Origin: Gammaproteobacteria bacterium
Lineage (GTDB): Bacteria; Pseudomonadota; Gammaproteobacteria; JABABF01
DNA length: 64,000 bases
Assembly (NCBI GenBank): GCA_965205525.1
Contig: OZ242171.1
Span: forward strand, 89,993-153,992
Reading direction: 5' to 3'
The notes under the pieces are model-generated. The model was not told where the DNA came from, did no database searches, and worked only from the letters and a program-made list of their open reading frames with translations. Numbering within the stretch: position 1 is the first letter of the stretch; every line of letters begins with the position of its first letter. Of this stretch, positions 17,785 through 26,820 are shown piece after piece. Position numbers and translations under genes: made by a program.

Positions 17785-20700
17785 CCCAGGCTGACCCTCT
17801 CGGTGGATCAGGGAGTGCCCTCAGGGGAGCTCCGCCTAGTTAGGAAATCTGCCGCAAGTGGATCTAGCAGAAATCTTGGAGGACATGCCGTCAGTCCAGA
17901 CGGCAGGTGGCTGTTTTACGCTGGCAGTAATTTAGAGGTCTGGGAGATAGACAGTGCCAGAGGCATTGTCACGCAAAGGATGTCTTCTCCGCAGTCTGGC
18001 TTCTTTAGCTTCCTGGCAGTGAGCCGAGACAGCAGTCTTGTGTTTGTGCTGAATCGCCAAAATAACCAGATCACTGTCTTTCGCCTGAATGCCGATGATG
18101 GCAGACTGGAGGAAGTGGCAAAGTACACAGAGGGAGGAACAGATGCTGCAGGGAATACCGTCAGAGGGCTGACTAATGCTTCTGATGTCGTGCCAAGCCC
18201 GGATGGCCGACTGCTGTTTGTGACGAGCGGCGGGGATTCAGGGACTACCGGAGGCGCCCTCAGTGTGTGGAGTGTAAACTCCACCAGCACCCTCACTCAG
18301 ACCGATGTGCATGTCTCTGCCGGGGCTTCGGATACAGAGGGCTTGGAGAATGCTGCCGGTGCCGCCGTGACCCCGGACGGCCGCCTGCTGTTTGTAGGGT
18401 CATCCCACAATTTAGATTCATTAGACAACAGCACGCTCGGCATCTGGCGTGTGAATGCTGACGCGTCTACGGTTTCCTTTGTGAGGACTCTTTCCGACAG
18501 ACGCATGCTGCGCAGACCCCGGGTTGTGACCCTCGGCCCCGCCGGCCGTTTTCTGTTTGTGTCCAGCCGGGTTAGTGCAGATGCTGCAACAGATCCACTG
18601 TCTGTTTACGAAGTGAATGCTGCAGAGGAGAATCTTGCAAGTGTGGCCTCCTATGGCGAGGACGATGACATATTGGGGAATACCATCGGCCTGGCCGCCA
18701 CCAGAGAAGTGCTGGCAGTGGCCGAATTTGATCAGGGTAGTATCGCTCTTTGGCAGAGAAATGATGACGGCACCCTCCGCTTTGCCAGCAGGCATGATTC
18801 AGCCAGCTCGACTGGCCTGGCGGCCAGTCCGGCTGGTGGTCTGGTGTTTGTCAACTCATACCAAGAACGTTTCATAACTGTCTTGCAGGTGCTGGGAATC
18901 CCCCGGGTGCCGGCGGGGCAGGAAGTGCGGGTGATGGTGAATGCAGAGTCGGCGCTGGGCTCCGCCCTGACCGTGATGGTGCAGGCGAGGCAGGGCAGCC
19001 GGGTCAGCATGGCAGCGGCGACTCTGATGCCGTCAGATACTCAGGCGGAGGCCGTGTTCTCGGGGAGTGATCTGGGCCAGGGCGAGTGGATATTTTCGGC
19101 ATCGGTGCCGGCAGATATGGCAGATGTTGCGGATGTATCGACGGCCCGGGCGACACTGCGGATTGGCGGTCCGCTTGTCAGGCTGGAAAACCTGTCGGGC
19201 GCAATACCAGAAGGAGCAGATCTAAATATCAGAGTAAGCACGGAGGGGGCCCCCGTGCTGGGGGATGCGGAGGTGACCCTGCGGGCAGCGCAGGAAGGCG
19301 CTCGGCCTCGGACGGTGATGGGATTATTACGGGAAGGGCAGACATCGGTCACGGTGACCTTTGCCGGCAGGGGATCCCTGACCTTGGGTGACTGGGTCTT
19401 GTCAGCATCATCAATCCTGTCCACAGATGAAAATTCTACGCTTGCAGTGACCGTCGGGCCGCCTTTGCCCAGACTGACCCTCTCAGTGGACCAAGGAGTG
19501 CCATCAGGGGAGCTCCGCCTTAGGAGATCTTCTGCCGTAAGAACAAATTTAATTGGCAGTAAACGACTTGCCGTCAGTCCAGACGGCAGGTGGCTGCTTG
19601 CCAGCACCAGCTTCCGCATCACGCTCAGGGAGATAGACAGCGCTAGGGGCATTGTCGCGCGAAGAATGTCTTCTGCGAGTCCTGGCGCATCTCGCGGCCT
19701 GGCAGTGAGCCCAGACAGCAGTCTTGTGTTTGTGCCGAATGAATCAAATAACCAGATCACTGTCTTTCGCCTGAATGCCGATGAAGGCAGACTGGAGGAA
19801 GTGGCAAAGTACACAGAGGGAGGAGAAGATGCTGCAAGGAATCGCATCAGCGGGCTGGCTAATGCTGATGATGTCGTGCCAAGCCCGGATGGCCGCCTGC
19901 TGTTTGTGACGAGCAGAGGGGCTGCCAACGCCCTCAGTGTGTGGAATGTAAACCCTTCCGGCACCCTTGTTCAGACCGATGTGCATGTCTTTGCCGGAGC
20001 TTTGGGTAACCAGGCTGCCGGTGCCGCCGTGACCCCGGACGGCCGCCTGCTGTTTGTAGGGGGGGCTGGTACGCTCAGCATCTGGCGTGTGAATGCTGAA
20101 GCGTCTACGGTTTCCTTTGTGAGGACTCTTTCCGACAGACGCAGGCTGCGCAGACCCTCGGTTGTGACCCTCGGCCCCGCCGGCCGTTTTCTGTTTGTGT
20201 CCAGCCAGTTTGCTGCAGATTCTGCAACAGATCCACTGTCTGTTTACGAAGTGAATGCTGAAGAGGAGAATCTTGCAAGTCTGGCCTCCTATGGCGATGA
20301 CATAGAAGGGTCTGCCAGAGGTCTGGCCGCCACCAGAGAAGTGCTGGCAGTGGCCGAATTCAAATTGTCGCAGGGTAGTATCGCTCTTTGGCAGAGAAAT
20401 GCTTCCGGCACCCTCAGTTTTGTCAGCAGGCATGATTCACGCCTCCCGGTTGACCTGGCGGCCAGTCCGGCCGGCGGTCTGGTGTTTATCAGTTCAAATC
20501 GTTCGTCTGAAGGCATCAGCGTCTGGCAGGTGCAGGGAATCCCGCGGGTGCCGGCGGGGCAGGAAGTGCGGGTGATGGTGAATGCAGAGCCGGCGCCGGA
20601 CTCTGCCCTGACCGTGACGGTGCAGGCGAGGCAGGGCAGCCGGGTCAGCACGGCAGAGGCGACTCTGATGCCGTCAGGCACTCTGGCAGTGGCCGAGTTC

Positions 20701-23700
20701 CCGGGGAGTGATCTGGGCCCGGGCGAGTGGATATTTTCGGCATCGGTGTCGGCAGATATGCCGGCAGATATGGCAGATGTTGCGGATGTATCGGCGGCCC
20801 GGGCGACACTGCGGATTAGCGGTCCGCTTATCAGGCTGGAAAACCTGTCGGGCGAAATACTGCAGGGAGCAGATCTGAATATCAGAGTGAGCACGGAGGG
20901 AATGGTTCCTGTGGCAGGGAATGCGGAGGTGACCCTGCGGGCAACTCAGGAAGGTGCCCAGCCTCGGATGGTGGTGGGATTATTACGGAAGGGGCAGATA
21001 TCATTTACGGTGACCTTTGCCGGCGGATCAGTCCTGACCGCGGGTGACTGGGTCTTGTCGGCAGAATCATCAATCCCCCTGCTCCGCACAGATTCAAGTT
21101 CTTTCCTTGTAGTGACCGTCAGACCGCCGCCGCTTATCAGGCTGGAAAACCTGTCGGGCGAAATACTGCAGGGAGCAGATCTGAATATCAGAGTGAGCAC
21201 GGAGGGAATGGTTCCTGTGGCAGGGAATGCGGAGGTGACCCTGCAGGCAACCCAAGAAGGCGCCCAGCCTCAGACGGTGATGGGATTATTACGGGAGGGG
21301 CAGACATCGGTTACGGTAACCTTTGCCGGCGAGAAAGCCCTGACCGAGGGTGACTGGATCTTGTCGGCAGAATCATCAATTCTGCTGTCCACAGATGCAA
21401 ATTCTACCTTTGCAGTGACCGTCGGACCTCCTTTGCCTAGGCTGACCCTCTCAGTGGACCAGGGAGTGCCTTCGGGGGAGATGAGGCTGGTCCAGACTGA
21501 TGCTACCAGCCTTCTAGATTCATTAATATTTACAGGAGGGCTTGTTGCTGTCAGTCCAGACGGCAGGTGGCTGCTTGCCAGCGGCGGCGGCCGCATCACG
21601 CTCAGGGAGATAGACAGCGCTAGGGGCATTGTTACCCCGGTAGCAACTTATCGGGGTGCTGGCCTGGGAGGTAATAGTCTGGCAGTGAGCCGAGACAGCA
21701 GTCTTGTGTTTACGTCGGATAGGAACACCAGTACTAGCACTATCAGTGTCTGGCGCCTGGATGCCGATGATGGCAGACTGGAGGAAGTGGCAAAGTACAC
21801 AGAGGGAGGAACAGATGCTGCAGGGAACACCGTCAGAGGGCTGATTTTCACCCATGGTGTCGTGCTGAGCCCGGATGACCGCCTGCTGTTTGTGACGAGC
21901 AGGGGGGAGCCAGACAGTGCCGGAGGCGCCCTCAGTGTGTGGAGTGTAAATCCCTCCGGCACCCTTGTTCAGACCGATGTGCATATCTCTGCTGGGGCTT
22001 CGGATACAGAGGGCTTGAACCGGGCTGCCGGTGCCGCCGTGACCCCGGACGGCCGCCTGCTGTTTGTAGGGTCATTCTACGATTCTGATTCATTAGACAG
22101 CAGCACACTCGGCATCTGGCGTGTGAATGCTGAAGCGTCTACGGTTTCCTTTGTGAGGACTCTTTCCGACAGACGCATGCTGCGAAGACCCCGGGTTGTG
22201 ACCCTCGGCCCGGACGGCCGTTTTCTGTTTGTATCCAGCCAGGTTGATAATGATGCTGCAATAGATCCACTGTCTGTTTACGAAGTGAATGCTGCAGAGG
22301 AGAATCTTGCAAGTGTGGCCTCCTATGGCGATGACATATCGGGGGATACCATCGGCCTGGCCGCCACCAGAGAAGTGCTGGCAGTGGCCGAATCTTCGCT
22401 GGATGGTGTCGCTCTTTGGCAGAGAAATGATAACGGTACCCTCAGTTTTGCCAGCAGGCATGATTCAGCCAGCCCGGCTGGCCTGGCGGCCAGTCCAGCC
22501 GGCGGTCTGGTGTTTAGCGGCTCATCCGATAGGTCTGTCGGCATCACCGTCTGGCAGGTGCAGGGAATCCCGCGGGTGCCGGCAGGGCAGGAAGTGCGGG
22601 TGATGGTGAATGCAGAGCCGGCGCCAGACTCTGCCCTGACCGTGATGGTGCAGGCGAGGCAGGGCAGCCGGGTTCGTATGGCAGCGGCGACTCTGATGCC
22701 GTCAGATACTCAGGCGGAGGCAGTGTTCTCGGGGAGTGCTCTGGGCCAGGGCGAGTGGATATTTTCGGCATCGGTGCCGGCAGATATGGCAGATAGGGCA
22801 GATAGGACGGCTCTGTCGGCAGCCCGGGCGACACTGCGCATCGGCGGGCCGCTTATCAGGCTTTCAAACCTGTCGGGCGTAATACTGCAGGGAGCAGATC
22901 TGAATATCAGAGTAAGCACGGAGGGACACCCCGTGCTGGAGGATGCAGAAGTGACCCTGCGGGCAACTCAGGAAGGCGCCCGGCCTCGGATGGTGGTGGG
23001 ATTATTACGGAAGGGGCAGATATCATTTACGGTGACCTTTGCCGGCGGATCAGTCCTGACCGCGGGTGACTGGGTCTTGTCGGCAGAATCATCAATCCCC
23101 CTGCTCCGCACAGATTCAAGTTCTTTCCTTGTAGTGACCGTCAGACCGCCGCCGCTTATCAGGCTGGAAAACCTGTCGGGCGCAATACCAAAAGGAGCTG
23201 ATCTGAATATCAGAGTAAGCACGGAGGGAATGGTTCCTGTGGCAGGGAATGCGGAGGTGACCCTGCAGGCAACCCAAGAAGGCGCCCAGCCTCAGACGGT
23301 GATGGGATTATTACGGGAGGGGCAGACATCGGTTACGGTGACCTTTGCTGGCGAGAAAGCCCTGACCGAGGGTGACTGGATCTTGTCGGCAGAATCATCA
23401 ATTCTGCTGGGCACAGATGCAAATTCTATGCTTGCAGTGACCGTCAGGCTGCCCAGACTGACCCTCTCGGTGGACCAGGGAGTGCCGTCAGGGGAAATGA
23501 GGCTGGTCCAGACTGATGTTAACACCGACCTTATGAGTAGATCAGTATATCCAGAAGGGCTTACTGTCAGTCCAGACGGCAGGTGGCTGCTTGCCAGCGG
23601 CGGCGGCATCACGGTCTGGGAGATAGACAGCGTCAGGGGCATTGTCACCACGGTAGAAACTTATCGGGGTACTGGCCTGGGAGGTAATGGTCTGGCAGTG

Positions 23701-26700
23701 AGCCGAGACAGCAGTCTTGTGTTTACATCGCATGGTGCCAGTATTAGCACTATCAGTGTCTGGCGCTTGGATGCCGATGATGGCAGTCTGGCGGAAGTGG
23801 CACAGTACACAGAGGGAGGAGAAGATGCTGCAGGGAATATCGTCAGAGGGCTGACTTTCACCCATGATGTCGTGCTGAGCCCGGATGACCGCCTGCTGTT
23901 TGTGACGAGCAGGGGGGAGCCAGACAGTGCCGGAGGCGCCCTCAGTGTGTGGAGTGTAAACTCTTCCGGCACCCTTGTTCAGACCGATGTGCATGTCTCT
24001 GCCGGGGCTTCGGATACAGAGGGCTTGAACCGGGCTGCCGGTGCCGCCGTGACCCCGGACGGAGGCCTGCTGTTTGTAGGGTCAGACTACGACGATCAGC
24101 AATTGGATAAGAGTACGCTCAGCATCTGGCGTGTGCGTGTGAATGCTGAAACGTCTACGGCTACGGTCTCCTTTGTGAGGACTCTTTCCGACGAACGCAT
24201 GCTGAGCAGACCCTGGGTTGTGACCCTAGGCCCCTCCGGCAGTTTTCTGTTTGTGTCCAGCCAGATTGTTGATGCAGATGCTGAAACAGATCTACTGTCT
24301 GTTTACGAAGTGAATGCTGCAGAGGAGAATCTTGCAAGTGTGGCCTCCTATGGCGAGGACGACATATTGAGGGCTGCCTTTGGCCTGGCCGCCACCAGAG
24401 AAGTGCTGGCAGTGGCCGAACTTTCGCAGGGTAGTGTCTCTCTTTGGCGGAGAAACAATGACGGCACCCTCCGCTTTGCTAGCAGGCATGCTTCAGACAT
24501 CCCGTTTGACCTGGTGGCCAGTCCAGCCGGCGGTCTGGTGTTTAGCAGCTCATTCGGGGATGCTGGCAGCGTCTGGCAGGTACAGGGAATCCCGCGGGTG
24601 CCGGCGGGGCAGGAAGTGCGAGTGATGGTGAATGCAGAGTCGGCGCTGGACTCCGCCCTGACCGTGATGGTGCAGGCGAGGCAGGGCAGCCGGGTCAGCA
24701 CGGCAGCGGCGACTCTGATGCCGTCAGATACTCAGGCGGAGGCCGTGTTCTCGGGGAGCACTCTGGGCCAGGGCGAGTGGATATTTTCGGCATCGGTGCC
24801 GGCAGATATGGCAGATGTTGCGGATGTATCGGCGGCCCGGGCGACACTGCGCATCGGCAGTCCGCTTGTCAGGCTGGAAAACCTGTCGGGCGCAATACGA
24901 GAAGGAGCAGATCTGAATATCAGAATAAGCACGGAGGGACACCCTGTGCTGGAGGATGCACAGGTGACCTTGCGGGCAACACAGGAAGGCGCTCGGCCTC
25001 GGACGGTGATGGGATTATTACGGGAGGGGCAGACATCGGTCACGGTGACCTTTGCCGGCGAGAAAGCCCTGACCCAAGGTGTATGGATCGTGTCGGCGGA
25101 GACATCGTCAACGCTGTTGCAGACAGATGCAAATTCTACCCTTGCAGTGACTGTCGGACCGCCTTTGCCCAAGCTGACCTTCTCCCTGCAGGAGACTGCA
25201 GAGCCAGTGGTGCCGGCAGGCAGTACTTTGGAGGTTACGGTGATGGCAGATCGTCCCCTGCTGCAGACTCTGACGGTGACGGTACAGGCAGTTCGTACCG
25301 TTACAGCACCGCCGACGGTGACGACAGCAACGGTGACGACTCAGCTATTTGCACAAGAGCAGGTCGGAAGGGCTCTCTTTGAAGGGGAGAATACGCTGTC
25401 CCCAGGCCAATGGGTCCTGACGATTGCGAAAGTCCTGCCCGAGAACTCTGCCGAAGCATCCACTCAGCAGCTGCAGGTGAGGGTAGGATCATCAGCCCTT
25501 GGCCTGTCGGCACCAATGGGTCTGTTCCAAGGGCGGGATGCGGTGATTGAGGTAAATACGGAGGTGGCGCTGGGGGTGGAGGTGCGTGTCATGGTGATGG
25601 CAACCCATGCAGAAGCTCCAGCCACAACGGCATCAGCCGCCGCCGTACTTGGACCCTCTGCACTTGCCGCCGAAGCGAGGTTCCCTGCGGACATGCTGAG
25701 CTTGGTGAGAGAGGGGACTTGGGATTTTGAGATTACTGCGGCGACGCCCTCTGTACTGATGATAGATACGGAGGCTTTTCCCCTAGTGGACTTCACAGAG
25801 GCATCGGCAACACTGCAAGTGACAGAAGAGCCGACTCTTCTCCTGGAGCTGACTGGCGGAAGTGCCATCGTTGCCTCGGACGGGATGATAACGCTTATCC
25901 TGCGCGTGATGCCGGCACTATCCTCCACGGTCATGGTGACCGTGGCGGTGACCGATGAAGACAACAATACGATATCAGAGCAGCAGGAGGCTCTGTCCTC
26001 TTCCCTGCGGCTCACTTTCCGCGCCAGTGATTTGGGAACAGGCCGTCTGCGCTTTACTGCCCGGGGGCCGGCAGGAGTATTAGAAGACAGCGAAGCCGAG
26101 GTGACCGTGCTGGTGGCCACTGCTGCTGGTGTCGTTCTGTCTGCAAATCCCGAGGGAGATGTCTTCCCGGGTGATGAGGTGCGCCTGTCGGCAGCAGTAC
26201 TCTCCGGGCCAGACCCGGCCGGGATAGATGTCGTGCTGGAGGTGGCAGTTACGGATCCCGATGGAAGCACGCGCAGCAATGTCCTGATACCAGTGTCGGC
26301 TGAAACCTCTACGGGCGGCCTGACCTTTATCCCGGATGCAGTGCCGGGCACTTGGAATTTCAACGTAATAGAGAGCGATATGGTAAGCGCATCTATGATA
26401 CTTACAGTGGTGGTGGCGGCAGTCATGCCCCTGGACTTCAACGATCCATCGGACGAGGTAAGCGCAGATGACTTGGTGCTGCTTCTGCGCTATGAGAGGC
26501 TGTGTGCAGAGGGAAGTTCCCCGCCGTTGCCGGCCAGCTGCACTGACCTCGGTTCCGAGGCACTGGCGGCTGGACTTGCCCTTGAAAGTTCTCCCGACCG
26601 GCTGGCAGATCTGCAGAATGTCCGGCTGCCGGATGTGACCGGCACTGGTGTCGGCAGTGTGCAGACACTGACTATACTGCTGCAGGCCTTGGCAAATGTC

Positions 26701-26820
26701 CAAGACGAATTACTTCTTCCCGCCGCTGCTTCCTCTCTGCCGGAGACGACAATCGCCGAGGCCGAGCAGGCTCGCGATGCACGGCTTCGCATTATCCGGC
26801 AGCTCCTGGGACGGGAATAG
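17686..26820 (+). CDS. Giant secreted repeat protein, paralog 4, the longest at about 3044 codons. Order: signal peptide, four propeller units (two carry doubled B domains), two divergent Ig-like domains, conserved C-terminal cassette.
   Basis: The ORF is 9.1 kb and uninterrupted. The MLVRQIR methionine of the other paralogs is ATA (Ile) here at 17710-17712, so ATG 17686 (MLDSSKLGILVRQIR...) is the first usable conserved start. The stop is TAG at 26818-26820. Confidence 0.8.
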   Translation: MLDSSKLGILVRQIRIVLLLPLLLASVSVLAQAPRLTLSVDQGVPSGELRLVRKSAASGSSRNLGGHAVSPDGRWLFYAGSNLEVWEIDSARGIVTQRMSSPQSGFFSFLAVSRDSSLVFVLNRQNNQITVFRLNADDGRLEEVAKYTEGGTDAAGNTVRGLTNASDVVPSPDGRLLFVTSGGDSGTTGGALSVWSVNSTSTLTQTDVHVSAGASDTEGLENAAGAAVTPDGRLLFVGSSHNLDSLDNSTLGIWRVNADASTVSFVRTLSDRRMLRRPRVVTLGPAGRFLFVSSRVSADAATDPLSVYEVNAAEENLASVASYGEDDDILGNTIGLAATREVLAVAEFDQGSIALWQRNDDGTLRFASRHDSASSTGLAASPAGGLVFVNSYQERFITVLQVLGIPRVPAGQEVRVMVNAESALGSALTVMVQARQGSRVSMAAATLMPSDTQAEAVFSGSDLGQGEWIFSASVPADMADVADVSTARATLRIGGPLVRLENLSGAIPEGADLNIRVSTEGAPVLGDAEVTLRAAQEGARPRTVMGLLREGQTSVTVTFAGRGSLTLGDWVLSASSILSTDENSTLAVTVGPPLPRLTLSVDQGVPSGELRLRRSSAVRTNLIGSKRLAVSPDGRWLLASTSFRITLREIDSARGIVARRMSSASPGASRGLAVSPDSSLVFVPNESNNQITVFRLNADEGRLEEVAKYTEGGEDAARNRISGLANADDVVPSPDGRLLFVTSRGAANALSVWNVNPSGTLVQTDVHVFAGALGNQAAGAAVTPDGRLLFVGGAGTLSIWRVNAEASTVSFVRTLSDRRRLRRPSVVTLGPAGRFLFVSSQFAADSATDPLSVYEVNAEEENLASLASYGDDIEGSARGLAATREVLAVAEFKLSQGSIALWQRNASGTLSFVSRHDSRLPVDLAASPAGGLVFISSNRSSEGISVWQVQGIPRVPAGQEVRVMVNAEPAPDSALTVTVQARQGSRVSTAEATLMPSGTLAVAEFPGSDLGPGEWIFSASVSADMPADMADVADVSAARATLRISGPLIRLENLSGEILQGADLNIRVSTEGMVPVAGNAEVTLRATQEGAQPRMVVGLLRKGQISFTVTFAGGSVLTAGDWVLSAESSIPLLRTDSSSFLVVTVRPPPLIRLENLSGEILQGADLNIRVSTEGMVPVAGNAEVTLQATQEGAQPQTVMGLLREGQTSVTVTFAGEKALTEGDWILSAESSILLSTDANSTFAVTVGPPLPRLTLSVDQGVPSGEMRLVQTDATSLLDSLIFTGGLVAVSPDGRWLLASGGGRITLREIDSARGIVTPVATYRGAGLGGNSLAVSRDSSLVFTSDRNTSTSTISVWRLDADDGRLEEVAKYTEGGTDAAGNTVRGLIFTHGVVLSPDDRLLFVTSRGEPDSAGGALSVWSVNPSGTLVQTDVHISAGASDTEGLNRAAGAAVTPDGRLLFVGSFYDSDSLDSSTLGIWRVNAEASTVSFVRTLSDRRMLRRPRVVTLGPDGRFLFVSSQVDNDAAIDPLSVYEVNAAEENLASVASYGDDISGDTIGLAATREVLAVAESSLDGVALWQRNDNGTLSFASRHDSASPAGLAASPAGGLVFSGSSDRSVGITVWQVQGIPRVPAGQEVRVMVNAEPAPDSALTVMVQARQGSRVRMAAATLMPSDTQAEAVFSGSALGQGEWIFSASVPADMADRADRTALSAARATLRIGGPLIRLSNLSGVILQGADLNIRVSTEGHPVLEDAEVTLRATQEGARPRMVVGLLRKGQISFTVTFAGGSVLTAGDWVLSAESSIPLLRTDSSSFLVVTVRPPPLIRLENLSGAIPKGADLNIRVSTEGMVPVAGNAEVTLQATQEGAQPQTVMGLLREGQTSVTVTFAGEKALTEGDWILSAESSILLGTDANSMLAVTVRLPRLTLSVDQGVPSGEMRLVQTDVNTDLMSRSVYPEGLTVSPDGRWLLASGGGITVWEIDSVRGIVTTVETYRGTGLGGNGLAVSRDSSLVFTSHGASISTISVWRLDADDGSLAEVAQYTEGGEDAAGNIVRGLTFTHDVVLSPDDRLLFVTSRGEPDSAGGALSVWSVNSSGTLVQTDVHVSAGASDTEGLNRAAGAAVTPDGGLLFVGSDYDDQQLDKSTLSIWRVRVNAETSTATVSFVRTLSDERMLSRPWVVTLGPSGSFLFVSSQIVDADAETDLLSVYEVNAAEENLASVASYGEDDILRAAFGLAATREVLAVAELSQGSVSLWRRNNDGTLRFASRHASDIPFDLVASPAGGLVFSSSFGDAGSVWQVQGIPRVPAGQEVRVMVNAESALDSALTVMVQARQGSRVSTAAATLMPSDTQAEAVFSGSTLGQGEWIFSASVPADMADVADVSAARATLRIGSPLVRLENLSGAIREGADLNIRISTEGHPVLEDAQVTLRATQEGARPRTVMGLLREGQTSVTVTFAGEKALTQGVWIVSAETSSTLLQTDANSTLAVTVGPPLPKLTFSLQETAEPVVPAGSTLEVTVMADRPLLQTLTVTVQAVRTVTAPPTVTTATVTTQLFAQEQVGRALFEGENTLSPGQWVLTIAKVLPENSAEASTQQLQVRVGSSALGLSAPMGLFQGRDAVIEVNTEVALGVEVRVMVMATHAEAPATTASAAAVLGPSALAAEARFPADMLSLVREGTWDFEITAATPSVLMIDTEAFPLVDFTEASATLQVTEEPTLLLELTGGSAIVASDGMITLILRVMPALSSTVMVTVAVTDEDNNTISEQQEALSSSLRLTFRASDLGTGRLRFTARGPAGVLEDSEAEVTVLVATAAGVVLSANPEGDVFPGDEVRLSAAVLSGPDPAGIDVVLEVAVTDPDGSTRSNVLIPVSAETSTGGLTFIPDAVPGTWNFNVIESDMVSASMILTVVVAAVMPLDFNDPSDEVSADDLVLLLRYERLCAEGSSPPLPASCTDLGSEALAAGLALESSPDRLADLQNVRLPDVTGTGVGSVQTLTILLQALANVQDELLLPAAASSLPETTIAEAEQARDARLRIIRQLLGRE
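17785..19467 (+). repeat. Module unit 4.1: divergent-subtype propeller + A + B.
   Basis: The unit starts PRLTLSVDQGVPSGELRLVRKSAASG and contains NNQITVFRLNADDGRLEEVAKYTEGG. The A string lies at about 18906. Confidence 0.85.
19468..21435 (+). repeat. Module unit 4.2: divergent-subtype propeller + A + B' + B (about 2.0 kb).
   Basis: The unit starts PRLTLSVDQGVPSGELRLRRSSAVR. It carries two consecutive B-type domains, each starting LIRLENLSGEILQGADLNIRVSTEGMVPVAGNAE. Confidence 0.85.
21436..23451 (+). repeat. Module unit 4.3: propeller + A + B' + B (about 2.0 kb).
   Basis: The B'+B segment 22963-23442 is nearly identical to 20941-21420, at an offset of 2022 bp. Confidence 0.85.
23452..25167 (+). 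repeat. Module unit 4.4: propeller + A + B.
   Basis: The junction is PRLTLSVDQGVPSGEMRLVQTDVNTD. The A string lies at about 24599. Confidence 0.85.
25168..25839 (+). repeat. Two divergent Ig-like domains (E1-E2), homologous to 10288 to about 10950 in paralog 2.
   Basis: PKLTFSLQETAEPVVPAGSTLEVTVMADRPLLQTLTVTVQAVRTVTAPPTV aligns with the paralog 2 E1 block with scattered substitutions. Confidence 0.75.
25840..26820 (+). repeat. Conserved 3' cassette, copy 4.
   Basis: It is homologous over its full length to the other copies. It has an 18-nt insertion (LPETTI) at 26737-26754. Homology with the other copies continues 12 nt past the stop (TAGAGAGCAGTA) and then ends. Confidence 0.9.

Noticed and set aside
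26737-26754. LPETT(I) insertion in the C-terminal tail of paralog 4, which resembles a sortase LPxTG motif.
   Set aside because: The Gly is missing, and no hydrophobic segment or positively charged tail follows. The context is gammaproteobacterial, and the motif is absent from the other three paralogs. It is most likely a fortuitous 18-nt insertion.
145-26792. Dozens of antisense and off-frame ORFs of 60-460 aa inside the giant genes, for example 2134-3093(-), 11433-12809(-), 19041-19964(-) and 25464-26441(-).
   Set aside because: They recur simply because the underlying DNA is repeated. They are Pro/Arg/Ser/Thr-rich translations typical of the wrong frame of GC-rich coding DNA. They have no conserved start context, and each is embedded in an uninterrupted sense ORF of 4-9 kb.
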